Program-made: the position numbers and the translations under genes
Assembly: GCA_951812535.1 (NCBI GenBank)
Contig: CATOSK010000009.1
Location: 40,436-104,435, forward strand
Source: an uncultured Dehalococcoidia bacterium
GTDB taxonomy: Bacteria; Chloroflexota; Dehalococcoidia; Lucifugimonadales; UBA3495
Direction: 5' to 3'
DNA length: 64,000 nucleotides
The notes under the pieces: model-generated
Database searches by the model: none
Told to the model about the DNA's origin: nothing
What the model saw: the letters and a program-made list of their open reading frames with translations, nothing else
Part shown: piece by piece, positions 63,295 through 64,000 of the stretch
Layout: each line of letters opens with the position of its first letter
Position numbering within the stretch: position 1 is the stretch's first letter

Positions 63295-63323
63295 GTTGAC
63301 GCTGGGAAATGGGCTGGATACAA
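63295..63323 (+). promoter_or_regulatory. Sigma70-like promoter of alaS (TTGACG-N17-TACAAT)
   Basis: ttgacg at 63295-300, a 17-nt spacer, tacaat at 63318-23. The resulting ~155-nt leader contains an R1 repeat copy. Confidence 0.55.
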
Positions 63324-63332
63324 TTTTCCGGT

Positions 63333-63416
63333 TGAGCCGCCGCCCCCAGGCCCCTTGGACAAGTTGCCTAACCCTTAGCCTCCGCGTAGGCAAGGGTCGG
63401 GGCCGAATGGGCGACT
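63333..63416 (+). repeat. GC-rich repeat family R1, divergent copy
   Basis: gagccgccg...ccttggacaagttgcctaaccc...agcctccgcgtaggc...gggcgact shares blocks with 3701-3823 (cttggacaagttacctaccc) and with 17571-17655 (agcctccgcccgcgtaggc). Confidence 0.65.
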
Positions 63417-63484
63417 ATTCAGAACCCAGCCGAAAGCGGCGGCTGTTGGAACCAACCCCACACTACGCTTTCCACAGGTTGCTT

Positions 63485-64000
63485 ATGAACGGAGACCAGA
63501 TTCGGGACTCTTACATCCGGTTTTTCGAGGCCAGGGGACACCTGCACATGCCCAGCGCTTCGCTGATCCCCGCGGGGGACCCCACCCTGCTGTTCACCAG
63601 CGCGGGCATGGTCCCGTTCAAGCCCTTCTTCATGGGGGAACAGACGCCTCCATCCCGTAGGCTGACCAGCCACCAGAAGAGCTTCCGCACCACCGACATC
63701 GACGAGGTGGGAGACCACAAGCATCTCACCTTCTTCGAAATGCTGGGGAATTTCAGCATTGGGGATTATTTCAAGACCGATGCGGTGGCCTTCGCGTGGG
63801 AACTGGTGACGGAGCTTTTCCAACTGCCTCCGGAGCGCATCTACGTGACGATCCACCTGGATGACGACGAAGCCTTCCACATCTGGCGGGACCAGATCGG
63901 CGTGCCGGTCGAGCGGATTTACCGTTACGGGGATTCGGACAACTGGTGGGGACCGGCGGGCACGGAAGGTCCGACGGGCCCATGCTCCGAGCTGCATTAC
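63485..64000 (+). CDS. alaS: Alanine--tRNA ligase, N-terminal part (3' end outside window)
   Basis: This CDS is not in the ORF track because there is no stop within the window. My translation from ATG 63485 reads MNGDQIRDSYIRFFEARGHLHMPSASLIPAGDPTLLFTSAGMVPFKPFF...HQKSFRTTDIDEVGD..HLTFFEMLGNFSIGDYFK, the canonical AlaRS N-terminus. Confidence 0.93.
   Translation, partial: MNGDQIRDSYIRFFEARGHLHMPSASLIPAGDPTLLFTSAGMVPFKPFFMGEQTPPSRRLTSHQKSFRTTDIDEVGDHKHLTFFEMLGNFSIGDYFKTDAVAFAWELVTELFQLPPERIYVTIHLDDDEAFHIWRDQIGVPVERIYRYGDSDNWWGPAGTEGPTGPCSELHY

Overview
A 64-kb, high-G+C bacterial chromosomal segment. Sampled lines hand-count to about 63% G+C; no full computation was done. It is densely coding, with about 66 CDS and 1 tRNA, and carries no rRNA, CRISPR array, transposase or integrase. 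Most genes are housekeeping: groEL (partial), queG, ychF, nusA-ylxR-infB-rbfA-truB, lexA, rpsT, gyrB, trpS, ribH, cysK, dnaJ-prmA, rny-ymdB, recA-recX, tRNA-Gln(UUG) and alaS (partial). The gene content (RNase Y plus YmdB, two PlsY paralogs, several LLM/F420-type oxidoreductases, a CaiB CoA-transferase, amidohydrolases, an inositol-lipid cluster) would fit a Chloroflexota-like lineage, but that is only inference. The one clear accessory or defence-type module is a low-G+C two-gene cassette at 7140-9127. It encodes an ABC/AAA-type ATPase followed by a TIGR02646-type HNH protein, which is the Septu PtuA/PtuB architecture. Other items worth follow-up: (1) a four-gene operon coupling LarB to a UbiA-type prenyl-phosphate transferase, a flippase-like membrane protein and a DUF362 protein; (2) a 776-aa divergent PEPCK-fold protein; (3) a promoter, Cys-containing mini-ORF and terminator leader in front of an E1-like/CysM operon that lacks a visible sulfur-carrier gene; (4) an atypical kinase plus PP2C pair; (5) a rich non-coding repeat landscape. 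The repeats include several dispersed families, helically phased 10-11-bp TGTCNC arrays, and many perfect 14-17-bp tandem duplications, concentrated in three unusually long gene-free regions (3088-3838, 33608-34189, 40007-40722). All family assignments rest on motifs read by eye from the translations; no database search was possible.
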